The position numbers and the translations under genes were made by a program. From Acidocella sp. (GTDB lineage Bacteria > Pseudomonadota > Alphaproteobacteria > Acetobacterales > Acetobacteraceae), in assembly GCF_028687955.1 (NCBI RefSeq), contig NZ_JAQTZC010000002.1, positions 1 to 55,183 of the forward strand: DNA of 55,183 bases, written 5' to 3'. Numbering within the stretch: the stretch's first letter is position 1; every line of letters begins with the position of its first letter. A model generated the notes under the pieces. That model had not been told where the DNA came from. It saw only the letters and a program-made list of their open reading frames with translations, and ran no database searches. Below, piece by piece: positions 39,710 to 49,220 of the stretch.

Positions 39710-40672
39710 TTAACTTGGGGCTCGTCTGCCAAGCAGGGCCGCGCTGAACATCCTCACCCCTGTGAGTTGCTGTTCCAGATAAGTGCCGGTGGCCAGTTTC
39801 TCGGGCGCTCTCGCGTCGCCGGTGGGCATCCACACCGGCGAGAAATCAGCGGTGCGGAAAATAATGTCCCAAAATGTGAATACCCCGCCGTAGTTGAACG
39901 AGGAGCGCCCGGCGGCGCGCAGCGCGTGGTGCAGGCGGTGGAAGCGCGGCGAGACCAGAACATATTCCAGCGGCCCGAACGAGACCTTGATATTGGCGTG
40001 CGAAAAACTCTCAATGAAGCGAAGCAGCAGGATCAACAGCGGGAACTGCAACGGCGGAATGCCGATCGCCAGCCCGATGGCGAAGAACCAGAAGAAGGAG
40101 ATCACATCGTCAAACAGATGGTTGCGGTCATCCGACCAGAAACTCATTTGCCGTTGTGCATGGTGCAGCGCATGCAACGCGTACCAGGCGCGGAAGCTGT
40201 GCGAGAGCCGGTGGCGCCAGTAGTCGGCCAGATCCAGGATCAGTGCGTAGCACAAAAAGGCGGCCAGCGGATGGCCAAACAGCGCGGGGAACATCGTCTC
40301 CAGCGTTGGCGGAATATACCCCGCACTCACCAGCATGCCCGAAAACCACGTCTGCACCTGATAGAATATCAGAAAATTGACGATGGGGATCACGCCCACC
40401 CGCGAGACGAAAGTGTAGAACACGTCCACCGCCACGGCTTTTTTGTTGTCCCAATGCTCGATGGGGAACAGATGCTCCAGCGGCCAGCAGATCGCGTAGG
40501 TCACGATCACCGCGAACATGCCGTAGACGCACACCAGCGCCCAGTCGAAGGAGAGGTCCCCCCACTCCATCCAGCCGAAATGATAGAGAACGGGCAGGAT
40601 CGCATACTGGTCGATGCCGCCCGCGATGATGCTGAAAAACCGGTCGATACCCATGATATGGCCTACATTCAC
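39710..40672 (-). CDS. Sterol desaturase / fatty-acid hydroxylase superfamily membrane enzyme
   Basis: His boxes [13 protein letters not shown] and HRLHH, plus NYG...WD. Confidence 0.88.
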   Translation of the reverse strand: MNVGHIMGIDRFFSIIAGGIDQYAILPVLYHFGWMEWGDLSFDWALVCVYGMFAVIVTYAICWPLEHLFPIEHWDNKKAVAVDVFYTFVSRVGVIPIVNFLIFYQVQTWFSGMLVSAGYIPPTLETMFPALFGHPLAAFLCYALILDLADYWRHRLSHSFRAWYALHALHHAQRQMSFWSDDRNHLFDDVISFFWFFAIGLAIGIPPLQFPLLILLLRFIESFSHANIKVSFGPLEYVLVSPRFHRLHHALRAAGRSSFNYGGVFTFWDIIFRTADFSPVWMPTGDARAPEKLATGTYLEQQLTGVRMFSAALLGRRAPS

Positions 40673-40735
40673 AGCGCTTAGTGATAGCCGGTTCCGCCCT
40701 GGTTTGCGAGGTGCTTTCCCAGTGCGGCGGGCATA

Positions 40736-41242
40736 TCAGCCCACGCGCATGCCGGCCAGCACGGTTGCCAGCACGCTGAGCAGCACCAGCAGCACGATAA
40801 TTGAGACCACCCAGCGCAGCGTGAGATAATTGGCGGCCACCACCCCGCGGCCGCGCCCGATCGTCTCCACCACGATGGTAACGAAAAACCCCACCAGCAG
40901 CAGGAACAGCGCCAGCGCCGGCGCCTGGAAATGCAGCATGACTGAGAGCGCCAGCCAGCCGATAACCGCGGGGATGATGCCGAAGATGAGCAGTTGCCGC
41001 TCAGAGCCCAACACCGCCGGGCTGAGCGGCGCGCCGTTTAGCGGATGCGCGCTCTCGCGTAGGGCAAAGCCCCAATGCACCGCGCCAGTGAAGGAAAGGA
41101 TGACCGCGCCATAGCTGATCAGCACCTCGATCGCGGTTTTAGACCCCAGCGGGTCCAGCAGCACCACGGCGCCGAGCGCCAAAAACGGAACGGCCCCCGC
41201 CAGGGTGATGAGGACGGCCACGCTAAATGGTTGTTTGAACAT
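40736..41242 (-). CDS. DUF3429-family membrane protein
   Basis: GAVPF and YGAVILSFTGAVHWG motifs; about 5 TM segments. Confidence 0.85.
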   Translation of the reverse strand: MFKQPFSVAVLITLAGAVPFLALGAVVLLDPLGSKTAIEVLISYGAVILSFTGAVHWGFALRESAHPLNGAPLSPAVLGSERQLLIFGIIPAVIGWLALSVMLHFQAPALALFLLLVGFFVTIVVETIGRGRGVVAANYLTLRWVVSIIVLLVLLSVLATVLAGMRVG

Positions 41243-41251
41243 GTTGGCTCC

Positions 41252-43087
41252 TTATTCTGGCTTGTCGATGACGTAACCCAGCCGATCAATGACCGGACGA
41301 AGGCTCTCCAGCACCGGCTCCAGATGCGCCAGATACGGCCGGTAGCGGTAGCGTGACCTGTCATAGAGTTTCTCCGTCACCTGCGCGTAGCTCGCGGTGC
41401 GGGCGTAGCGGGTGTTCTGCTCGAAGCTCAGGCAGCGCGGGTCGAAATCGACGCCGATGAACGCGAGAATCTTCCGCACATTCGCCTCCTGGTCCACCAC
41501 CATGTCCTCATAGCGCACCGGCAGGTAGCGCATGTTCACATTCTGGCGGTAATGCGCGATCAGCTCCGCAACCAGATTATAGTGCTGCGCGATGCTCTCC
41601 ATTGCCGCCGCGCAGAAAAATCCGTGCGTCAGGTGGTTGGAGTAGACAGAGAGCAGCACGTCCAGCGGGTGGCGGATCACATGGATGATTGGCGATTGAG
41701 GAAACAGCAGCGCGATGAGGCCGAGATGCGTCTCATTCAGCGGCATTTTGTCGGTAAAAAAATCAGCGCCCTCCTTGAAGATACCGCTCTTGGCGGCGCG
41801 GTTCAGGTAATAGTCACGCAGCTCGTTCAGGCCCTCGCGCTGGTCGCCCATCCAAAGCTCGGCCAGCGCGTCCGGGTAGTTGAGCGGGCTGGCCAGCAGC
41901 CGCGGCATGATCTGCGTGATGTCGTTGATATAGGGCAACTCGTCCCCGGCCGAGATGCGCGGATGCACGGTCAGCGTCTGCTCGATCAGCGTGGTGCCCG
42001 AGCGAGGAAACCCCACGATGAACACCGGCTGCGGAAAATCGCGGCGAAGCTCGGCCACCGGCAGGGTTTTCAAGCGCCGTGCACTGAAAAACCCCTTTAA
42101 CCGGCCGGCGAGGTCATTGGCCGCTTCCGCCATATAGGGCCGGGCGCCATGCGCCATTGCGCGCTTCTTGGCGGAGTCAAACGCGGCGAAAGCTTCGTCA
42201 TACCGGCCAAGCTGGTCGAGCAGGCGGCCCTTCTCCGAGAGCTCAGCCGGGCCAAGCCGCAGCTTCGGCGCGGCTTCGGTGCCCTCCTCAGGCTCGTGCA
42301 GAATCGCCAGCGCGGCCTCAGTTTTTTTCTGGCGGGCGAGCACGGTGGCGCGGGTAAGCTGCACGCTGGGGTTGTCGGGCAGCAGGCGCTCGGCCTCGTC
42401 GAGCAATTTCAGCGCCGCATCAAACTTGCGGTCGGCCTCCTCCATCTTGGCGAAGCCCAGCACGGTTTGCAGCACATCGGGCTTGCGCTCCATCGAGCGC
42501 CGGTACAGCGCCCGCGCCTCGTCGATTCGCCCTTGGTTCTTCAAATTCCAGGCCAGGTTGGCAAGCGTGATCGGCTCCTCCGCCTCGGCCAGTTCCAGCA
42601 CCCGGCGGTAATGGTATTCGCCGATCAGCGGTCGGTTTGCCTCGGTCAACACCAGCCCCATGAGATTATGCGCCTGCGCGTTTTGCGGGGCGATGCGGAT
42701 GGCGTTGCGGGCGTGGATTTCAGCTTCCGCCAGCGCGCCTTTGCCGAGCAGCATCAGGGTCAGCTCGTTGGTCGCCCCGAAATTGTTCGGGTTGATGGCG
42801 ACCACGCGGCGGATCAGCGCCTCGGCCGCATCCATGCGGTTTTGCTGGCGCGAAAGCCGGTAGAGAAACAGCAGCGCGTCCTCGCGCCCCGGCGCGAGTT
42901 CCAACATATGGCGGACATTGTTTTCAGCCGTCTCGATGTCCCCGGCTTTCAGCGCCGCTTCCGCCTGGGCGAGCATTGGCACGAGGGCATTGGCAGCTTC
43001 GGGCGGGCTAAGCGTTGAGAGATCAAGCCCGCAGCAGCGGACGCGCCGCAGGCCGGAGCCGCAAGGGCAGAGGGTGAAATCAACCAT
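41252..43087 (-). CDS. SEC-C + TPR + sulfotransferase domain protein
   Basis: N-terminal CPCGSGLRRVRCC, TPR repeats, PAPS loop VGFPRSGTTL, DKMPLN, RHPLD and RYEDMV. Confidence 0.9.
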   Translation of the reverse strand: MVDFTLCPCGSGLRRVRCCGLDLSTLSPPEAANALVPMLAQAEAALKAGDIETAENNVRHMLELAPGREDALLFLYRLSRQQNRMDAAEALIRRVVAINPNNFGATNELTLMLLGKGALAEAEIHARNAIRIAPQNAQAHNLMGLVLTEANRPLIGEYHYRRVLELAEAEEPITLANLAWNLKNQGRIDEARALYRRSMERKPDVLQTVLGFAKMEEADRKFDAALKLLDEAERLLPDNPSVQLTRATVLARQKKTEAALAILHEPEEGTEAAPKLRLGPAELSEKGRLLDQLGRYDEAFAAFDSAKKRAMAHGARPYMAEAANDLAGRLKGFFSARRLKTLPVAELRRDFPQPVFIVGFPRSGTTLIEQTLTVHPRISAGDELPYINDITQIMPRLLASPLNYPDALAELWMGDQREGLNELRDYYLNRAAKSGIFKEGADFFTDKMPLNETHLGLIALLFPQSPIIHVIRHPLDVLLSVYSNHLTHGFFCAAAMESIAQHYNLVAELIAHYRQNVNMRYLPVRYEDMVVDQEANVRKILAFIGVDFDPRCLSFEQNTRYARTASYAQVTEKLYDRSRYRYRPYLAHLEPVLESLRPVIDRLGYVIDKPE

Positions 43088-43120
43088 AAAAGGAGTGTAA
43101 CGAGGAGGTGGCGAGGCGGC

Positions 43121-43250
43121 TAGTGTCCTGCCCCTGAAGTCTGCTGCACCGGGCAGCGAACGGAAGGGACGAGCAGGCCACGGTTGATTTAGTGTCCTGC
43201 CCCTGAAGTCTGCTGCACCGGGCAGCGGACGGAAGGGACGAGCAGGCCAC
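43121..43250 (+). repeat. Tandem duplication of a 61-bp unit (period 69)
   Basis: 43121-43181 and 43190-43250 read TAGTGTCCTGCCCCTGAAGT...GAGCAGGCCAC with one mismatch and an 8-nt spacer. Confidence 0.9.
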
Positions 43251-43251
43251 C

Positions 43252-43353
43252 GGCATCTTCTCTAACGAAGACGCCGTGGTCAGGCTCATCGGCGCTTTGC
43301 TCCTGGAGCAAAATGACGAGTGGGCAACCCAACGTGCCAGAGATGGCACACTG
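43252..43353 (+). pseudogene. IS256-family transposase C-terminal remnant
   Basis: GIFSNEDAVVRLIGALLLEQNDEWATQRARDGTL resembles the IS256 tail GIFPN..A..RL.GA.LLEQNDEW. It ends at the 125-bp element. Confidence 0.8.
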
Positions 43354-43478
43354 ATACCAGCCCGCCAAGAGCTTGACTCTCTGGGTTTGGTGGCAGGCTG
43401 GTATAAGCTCTTGATTTTGCGCGCGGCCGCCCCACCAGCCCCGCGCGCATACCTGTCAGCCTTAAGGCTGACAGGTAT
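43354..43478. repeat. 125-bp multi-palindromic element (REP/MITE-like), copy 2, inverted
   Basis: Reverse complement of 9117-9241 with 2 substitutions. Contains the perfect 30-bp palindrome ATACCTGTCAGCCTTAAGGCTGACAGGTAT (43449-43478). Confidence 0.9.
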
Positions 43479-43593
43479 GATAACGCAGCCATTGCTGCGC
43501 AGCATACCGCGCGCGGTATCCTGCGTCATGAGTGTCGATTGGTCCTAGAGCCATATGCGTTGGGATTGACCCGCAAAGCGGATCACTCCGAAC

Positions 43594-44379
43594 CTATCGC
43601 GCCCGAAAAACCACGCTCAACAGATACACCACACCGCTGAGCGCCGAAATCCAGAAGCTCGCCGGCCAGTCCGTGTAATAGCTAAGCGCAATTCCCGCCC
43701 AGGCTTCGGCCAGCGCAATCCCCGCCGCCAATCCCAGCCCCGGCAATACGCGCATGCTCAGCCGCTGCGCCGTCGCCGCCGGGCCAACCATCAGCGCAAA
43801 TACCAGCAATACGCCCACAATCTGCGCACAGGCCGCCGTGGTCAGCCCCACCAGGCCCAGAAACACAAGCCCTAGCCCGCGCAGCGAAACGCCCTTCGCC
43901 TCCGCCAACTCCGGGTTGAGGCTGGCAAACAGCAATGGCCGCGCAATCACCCCCAATATCCCCAGCGAGAGCGCCGCCAGCCCGAGCAGCGCGTAAATCG
44001 TCGGCAGATCCACCCCCAGCACGTCGCCAAACAGCAGCGCCGTTGCCGCCGTGGCATAGCTGGTGAAAAAATGCAGGAACAAGAGCCCCAGCCCGAGCGA
44101 CATGGTTAAAATCACCCCGATGGCGATATCGCGCTCGGCCAGCCTTTCTCCCAGCGCGCCCATCAGCACGCCGCCCAGCACCGTTACCCCCAGCATCCCC
44201 GCCAGCGGCGAGACGCCCAGCAGCACCGCCCCCGTGGCTCCGGCAAAACCTACATGGCTCAGCGCATGCCCTGCAAACGCCTGCCCCCGCAGCACCAGGA
44301 AATAACCGACAAACCCCGCCAGCACGGCCACAATCCCGGCCGCGAGAAACGCATGGCGCATAAAATCATAATCAAGCAT
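43594..44379 (-). CDS. Metal (Zn/Mn) ABC transporter permease (ZnuB-like)
   Basis: HALSHVGFAG, LFGDVLGV and VGVLLVFAL motifs of the ABC-3 family. Confidence 0.9.
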   Translation of the reverse strand: MLDYDFMRHAFLAAGIVAVLAGFVGYFLVLRGQAFAGHALSHVGFAGATGAVLLGVSPLAGMLGVTVLGGVLMGALGERLAERDIAIGVILTMSLGLGLLFLHFFTSYATAATALLFGDVLGVDLPTIYALLGLAALSLGILGVIARPLLFASLNPELAEAKGVSLRGLGLVFLGLVGLTTAACAQIVGVLLVFALMVGPAATAQRLSMRVLPGLGLAAGIALAEAWAGIALSYYTDWPASFWISALSGVVYLLSVVFRAR

Positions 44380-45154
44380 GGTCACACATATTATGCGCAT
44401 CGGGCCGGTCGGAGAGCACGAAAATCCGCCCCCCCGCACGCAGCACCTCAATTTTGGAGCCGTAGAGCTTTGAGAGGCCCTCACTGGTGATCACCTCGTC
44501 CACCGTGCCCAGCGCGGCATGTCCGGCTGAAAGGTAGAGTACACGGTCCATGCTGCCGAGCAGCGGGTTTATATCATGGGCGGCGAACAGCACGGTTAGA
44601 TTACGCGTGCGCCGCAGCCGCGCGATCAGCGCGATCATCGCCGCTTGCGCCGCCGGGTCCAGGCTTATCAGCGGCTCGTCCAGCAGCAGCAGCTTCGGCG
44701 CCCCCAGCAGGGCAGTGGCCAGCAACAGGCGCTGGCGCTGCCCGCCGGAGAGCCGCGCCAACGGCCGCGCCGCCAGCTCCACCCCGTCCACATCCTCCAG
44801 CGCCGCCATCACCTCTTCGCGCAGCCGCCTGCCGCTCAGCGGCAAGCCAAACTCATGCCCGCGCGCGGCATTGGCCAAAACATCGAATCCGCAGATGTTG
44901 GAGGGGGGCAGGGTGCTGCGTGTCTGCGGCATATAGCCGATATCCTGGTTGCCCCGCCGCGCCGGCGCGCCAAATACCTCGATGCGCCCGGCACTCAGTG
45001 GCTGCAACCCCAGAATCGCGCGGAACAGCGTGGTTTTCCCGGCGCCGTTCGGCCCCAGCACGCCGACAAACTCGCTATCGCGAAACGCCAGCGATATATC
45101 GCGCAGCACATCCTGCCCGCCGCGCGTAATGGTGACATTTTGCAGTGAAATCAT
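44372..45154 (-). CDS. Metal ABC transporter ATP-binding protein (ZnuC-like)
   Basis: GPNGAGKT, GYMPQ, LSGGQRQR and LLLDEP motifs. Confidence 0.9.
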   Translation of the reverse strand: MISLQNVTITRGGQDVLRDISLAFRDSEFVGVLGPNGAGKTTLFRAILGLQPLSAGRIEVFGAPARRGNQDIGYMPQTRSTLPPSNICGFDVLANAARGHEFGLPLSGRRLREEVMAALEDVDGVELAARPLARLSGGQRQRLLLATALLGAPKLLLLDEPLISLDPAAQAAMIALIARLRRTRNLTVLFAAHDINPLLGSMDRVLYLSAGHAALGTVDEVITSEGLSKLYGSKIEVLRAGGRIFVLSDRPDAHNMCDHA

Positions 45155-46023
45155 CCGCCACCCAGTGCCTTATCCACGCTGTCCAGTCCACTGCTCAGCC
45201 ATTGTTGATAATCCATCCCCGCCGGTTCGGTTTCGCTCACCCCCACCACCGGCACGCCGGAGCGCCGCGCCAGCGCCCGCAGCGAGGCGGTCAGATCATC
45301 CGTAACCTGCGCGTTATAGAACAACACCCGCACCCGCCGCCGCCGCAAATCATCCTCGAACGCCGCCATGTCAGAAGGGGCCGGTTCCGTGCCGTTCATC
45401 ACCGCCCGTTGAAAACGCTGGTTGCGCATCACCAGCCCGAGCGCGCGCGCCATCAGCCCGAACACCGGCTCCGTCGCGCTGACCGGCGTCCCGGCGTATT
45501 TCGCCCGCATCGCCGCCACGCGCGCATAAACCGGCGCCAACGCATCCAGCAACCGGGCGCCATTGCGCTGATACACCGCGGCGCCGGCGGGATCCTTCGC
45601 CGCCAGCACCGCCACCAGCCGCGCGATGAGCGCGGGTGCGACCGCCGGGTCGTACCATAAATGCGGATTATCCCCCGGCTTGCGCCCCAACAGCGTGGCG
45701 ACATTGATCACAACCCGCCCCGGCGCGGCGGAGGCCGCCAGCAGCGGCCCCATCCAGGGGTCATAATCCGCGCCGTTGACAATCACGACATCCGCCGCCG
45801 CCAACTCCCGCGCCACCGAGGGGCTGGCTGAGAACATATGCGGATCTTCATTTGGGTTTTTCAGTATGCTGGTCACGCGCGCCAGCCCGCCGCTTATCTG
45901 CCCGGCAATATCCCCATACATATTCTCCGCCGCGACGATGCGTAATACCGAAGCTGCCCGCGCCTTGCGCGCCAGCGCCAGCCCGCCCAGCCCAGCCATC
46001 ACATCCCGCCTGAAAAGCCTCAT
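45151..46023 (-). CDS. Metal ABC transporter substrate-binding protein (ZnuA/TroA family)
   Basis: DPH and NPHLWY motifs; twin-Arg signal FRRDVM. Confidence 0.9.
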   Translation of the reverse strand: MRLFRRDVMAGLGGLALARKARAASVLRIVAAENMYGDIAGQISGGLARVTSILKNPNEDPHMFSASPSVARELAAADVVIVNGADYDPWMGPLLAASAAPGRVVINVATLLGRKPGDNPHLWYDPAVAPALIARLVAVLAAKDPAGAAVYQRNGARLLDALAPVYARVAAMRAKYAGTPVSATEPVFGLMARALGLVMRNQRFQRAVMNGTEPAPSDMAAFEDDLRRRRVRVLFYNAQVTDDLTASLRALARRSGVPVVGVSETEPAGMDYQQWLSSGLDSVDKALGGG

Positions 46024-47105
46024 TTCATTTCCCCCCGTCCGCGCCACCGCCGCAACGCCTGGCGCACCGGCGCCATCGTCCGCCACATGCGGCTGCTTTC
46101 AATCGCCCGCGCATGCGCCGCCAGCCGGTCAATCTCGCGCTGCTGATGCTCGATAAACGCCCGCAACGTCACAATCGCCTCATAGCGTTCCACCGCTGAA
46201 TCAATCCAGTGCCGCAGCTCCGCCGCGCGGGTGCGTGCCGCATCCTCCAGCGCCGCCAGCGCACCGCCAAACAGGGGCTCCGCCACGGCCAGATCAGCCG
46301 CAATCGCATCCAGCCCATCGCCCGGCGCCTCACCGGCCGCCGCGGCGATGTGCCAGCGATACGCCTCGCGCACCTCCCAGGGCACAGCCGTGTTTCCCAG
46401 CACCTCGTCCGCATCGCGCTCATGGTGGCGCAGGGCAGGGGACAAAAACGCCCGCATCTCCGCCGCCGCAACCTCCGGCGCGCGCGGCCAGTCCATCCCC
46501 AGTTCCCGGCCCAGCCGCTCAACCATGCCCGGCGCATCGGCCAAAACCTGCTCATAGGTCACGAATGCGCGCCGCATCCCTCGGCTGTCCTGCTCGGCGG
46601 CCAGCACATGGCGCAGCCACAGCAGCAGCGCCTTGCCTTCGCCAACCCCGTCGCGCACACGCAGCGAGGCCGCAACCTCCAGCGGATGGCGCACCGCTAG
46701 CACCACCAGCGGCTCAATGCCCAGCTCCGCCAGCACCGGGCGCCACAGCGGCAGCAACCGGCACAGCCTGGGGTCTTTCACCAGCAGCAGCGGCGCCGCG
46801 CCATATTCACTGGCCAACAACGTGCCCAGCCGCGCGCGGAACACCGCCGCCGCATCGCTCGCGAACCAGCCCGCATCCATCGCCCGCAGATCATGCCAGG
46901 AGCCGCCCGCCGCCGCCAAAATCTCATCATGCAGCGCCAGCAGCGCCCGCGATTCCCAAAACCCGGTGGCGTTCACATCCGCCGCCGCCTCAACCAGCGC
47001 CTCCGGCAAGGCCGCGCCGCAGAGGTTTAGCAACCTGGCCAGCGCCGATGTGCCGCTGCGATGCATCCCCAGCACCAGCACGGCCCGCCGCCCCCTTGCG
47101 CTCAT
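46020..47105 (-). CDS. Sulfotransferase-family protein with C-terminal coiled coil
   Basis: VLGMHRSGTS, KDPR and RHPLEVAASL motifs; C-terminal SRMWRTMAPVR, a motif seen in polysaccharide-associated proteins. Confidence 0.85.
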   Translation of the reverse strand: MSARGRRAVLVLGMHRSGTSALARLLNLCGAALPEALVEAAADVNATGFWESRALLALHDEILAAAGGSWHDLRAMDAGWFASDAAAVFRARLGTLLASEYGAAPLLLVKDPRLCRLLPLWRPVLAELGIEPLVVLAVRHPLEVAASLRVRDGVGEGKALLLWLRHVLAAEQDSRGMRRAFVTYEQVLADAPGMVERLGRELGMDWPRAPEVAAAEMRAFLSPALRHHERDADEVLGNTAVPWEVREAYRWHIAAAAGEAPGDGLDAIAADLAVAEPLFGGALAALEDAARTRAAELRHWIDSAVERYEAIVTLRAFIEHQQREIDRLAAHARAIESSRMWRTMAPVRQALRRWRGRGEMK

Positions 47106-47908
47106 CGCAGCAAAGCCTCGGCCAATTCCTTCCAGCTTGCCGCATCGGGGGTGAGCAGCAGCCCGCCGCCGGTGACCGAGGGGGTATATGCCGAACCATC
47201 AAACCGCCGCCCATAGCCGCCGGCCTCCTGGTGCAGCAAAAACCCCGCCGCATGGTCCCAGGGCAGCAGCTTGCGAAACATCTGCGCGTGGCAATGCCCG
47301 GCGGCCAGCATCCGGTATTGGTGCGCGGCGCAGCGATAATCCGTCACCGCCGCCATCCGGTCCAGCCGGTGCAGCACATGGCTGCGCAGCGGCTCTTCCA
47401 TGTACCGCCAGGACATCGAGCCTGTCATCCGCGCCACGGGAACCGGCGCCGCCACCCGCAGCCGCCGCCGCGTGCCATCGGCCGCCACCATCCAGGCACC
47501 GCCGCCCAGCGTCGCGACCGCGGTATCATCGCTCACCGGATCATGGATGAACCCGGCCAGAATCCGGTCTTCCTCCACCAGCGCCGCCATCACGCCAAAC
47601 AGCGGCAGCTCGGCGGCAAAATTCGCGGTGCCGTCAATCGGGTCGATAATCCAGACCCGCCCCGGCCGCGCCAGGCGTCCCAGCAGCGACTCATCGGCCG
47701 AAACTGCCTCTTCGCCCAGCACGTCATCGCCTGGAAAGAGTGCCCGCAGCCCGGCATCCAGCGCCCGTTCGGCCGCCTCATCGGCCACCGTCACAGGGTC
47801 CAGCGGGCCGGATTTGCTCCGCACATCGCCCGCCGCCAGATGCTTGAAGCGCGGCATGATCTCAGTGCGCGACACTTCGCGCAGCAAGCTGATCACATCC
47901 TCGATCAC
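47102..47908 (-). CDS. Inositol monophosphatase (FIG superfamily) protein
   Basis: VTVAD, GEE, WIIDPIDGTANF and PWDHAAG motifs. Confidence 0.92.
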   Translation of the reverse strand: MIEDVISLLREVSRTEIMPRFKHLAAGDVRSKSGPLDPVTVADEAAERALDAGLRALFPGDDVLGEEAVSADESLLGRLARPGRVWIIDPIDGTANFAAELPLFGVMAALVEEDRILAGFIHDPVSDDTAVATLGGGAWMVAADGTRRRLRVAAPVPVARMTGSMSWRYMEEPLRSHVLHRLDRMAAVTDYRCAAHQYRMLAAGHCHAQMFRKLLPWDHAAGFLLHQEAGGYGRRFDGSAYTPSVTGGGLLLTPDAASWKELAEALLR

Positions 47909-49185
47909 AGCCGCTCGAACCTGGCTTTATCGGCCGCCGTCATGCGCACCCGCAGCTTCACCAGCTCCTCGCCATCCACGCGCGCCAGCACCTCGCCATT
48001 GCGGTACAGCCAGGCGATCCTGGCGCCATCGCTCACCAGCAGTTCCATCTCCAGCACCTCCATCCGCGCCGCCAGCCGCGCGTCGACCCCGGCGCGCAGC
48101 CGCTCCAGCCCTTCGCCGGTGAGCGCCGAGACCGCCATGCCCTCGCCCTGGATCACACTGCCCACGCCGCCCAGCAGGTCGGCCTTGTTCAGCACCTCCA
48201 GCGTGCGGTCCTGCCAATTCTCATCCAGCGTGCCGTCCTTGGCCATGCGGTTCAGCACCGCGCGCACATCGGCCGCCTGCGCCTGCGTATCCGGGTGCGC
48301 CACGTCGCGCACATGCAGCAGCACATCGGCTTCCGCCACCTCCTCCAGCGTGGCGCGAAACGCCGCCACCAGCTCGGTCGGCAGATCGGAGATGAAGCCC
48401 ACCGTATCAGAAAGTATGATCTGCCGGCCCGATGGCAGCACAATGGCGCGCATCGTCGGGTCAAGCGTTGCGAACAACTGGTCCTGCGCCATCACCTCAG
48501 CCCCGGTCAGCGCATTGAACAGCGTTGATTTTCCGGCATTGGTGTAGCCCACAAGCGCCACCACGGGGTAGGGCACCTTCTTTCGCGCGCCCCGGTGCAG
48601 CCCGCGCGTGCGCCGCACGTCCTCAAGCTCCAGCCGCAGCCGTGTAATCCGATCGCCAATCAAGCGCCGGTCCGCTTCGATCTGCGTCTCCCCCGGCCCG
48701 CCTAAAAACCCGAAGCCGCCGCGCTGGCGCTCCAGATGCGTCCATGAACGCACGAGCCGCGAGCGTTGATACTCCAGATGCGCCAATTCCACCTGCAACG
48801 CCCCCTCACGGGTGCGCGCGCGGGCGCCGAAAATATCCAGGATCAACCCCGTCCGGTCGATCACCTTCACCCCCCAGGCCGTCTCCAGGTTGCGCTGCTG
48901 CACCGGCGTCAGGCTGGCGTCCACCACGGCCACATCCACCAGCGCATCGGCCAGAGCGGCACTGGCCATTTCCACCTGCCCCTTGCCGAACAAGGTTGCA
49001 GGCGTAACACTACGGGTGATGAACACATGTTCATGCACCACCACGAGGCCGATGCTCGCCGCCAGACCCACCGCCTCGGCCAGCCGCGCCTCCGCCGAGC
49101 GCGAAGCAACGCTCAGCCGTGCAGCTGATTTATCCCAAGGCAGAAGTATGGCCGCCCTCTTGGGCGGCGGCGCCGTCTCTTTCAT
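47905..49185 (-). CDS. hflX: Ribosome-splitting GTPase HflX
   Basis: GPGETQIE, GYTNAGKST, LFATLDPT, DTVGF and NKAD motifs. Confidence 0.97.
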   Translation of the reverse strand: MKETAPPPKRAAILLPWDKSAARLSVASRSAEARLAEAVGLAASIGLVVVHEHVFITRSVTPATLFGKGQVEMASAALADALVDVAVVDASLTPVQQRNLETAWGVKVIDRTGLILDIFGARARTREGALQVELAHLEYQRSRLVRSWTHLERQRGGFGFLGGPGETQIEADRRLIGDRITRLRLELEDVRRTRGLHRGARKKVPYPVVALVGYTNAGKSTLFNALTGAEVMAQDQLFATLDPTMRAIVLPSGRQIILSDTVGFISDLPTELVAAFRATLEEVAEADVLLHVRDVAHPDTQAQAADVRAVLNRMAKDGTLDENWQDRTLEVLNKADLLGGVGSVIQGEGMAVSALTGEGLERLRAGVDARLAARMEVLEMELLVSDGARIAWLYRNGEVLARVDGEELVKLRVRMTAADKARFERL

Positions 49186-49220
49186 CTGCCGCCCAGCCGC
49201 CCCGCTGTCCTCGCGCGAGG

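Noticed and set aside
43121-43250. Possible CRISPR array
   Set aside because: Only two units, 61 bp long, with an 8-nt spacer and no cas genes.
44374-44401. dif-like site (TTATGCGCATC resembles a XerC arm)
   Set aside because: No XerD arm at the right spacing, and it lies inside coding sequence.
46235-48547. 770-aa Pro/Ala/Arg-rich plus-strand ORF
   Set aside because: Off-frame antisense reading of three real minus-strand genes; its composition reflects the C-rich strand.
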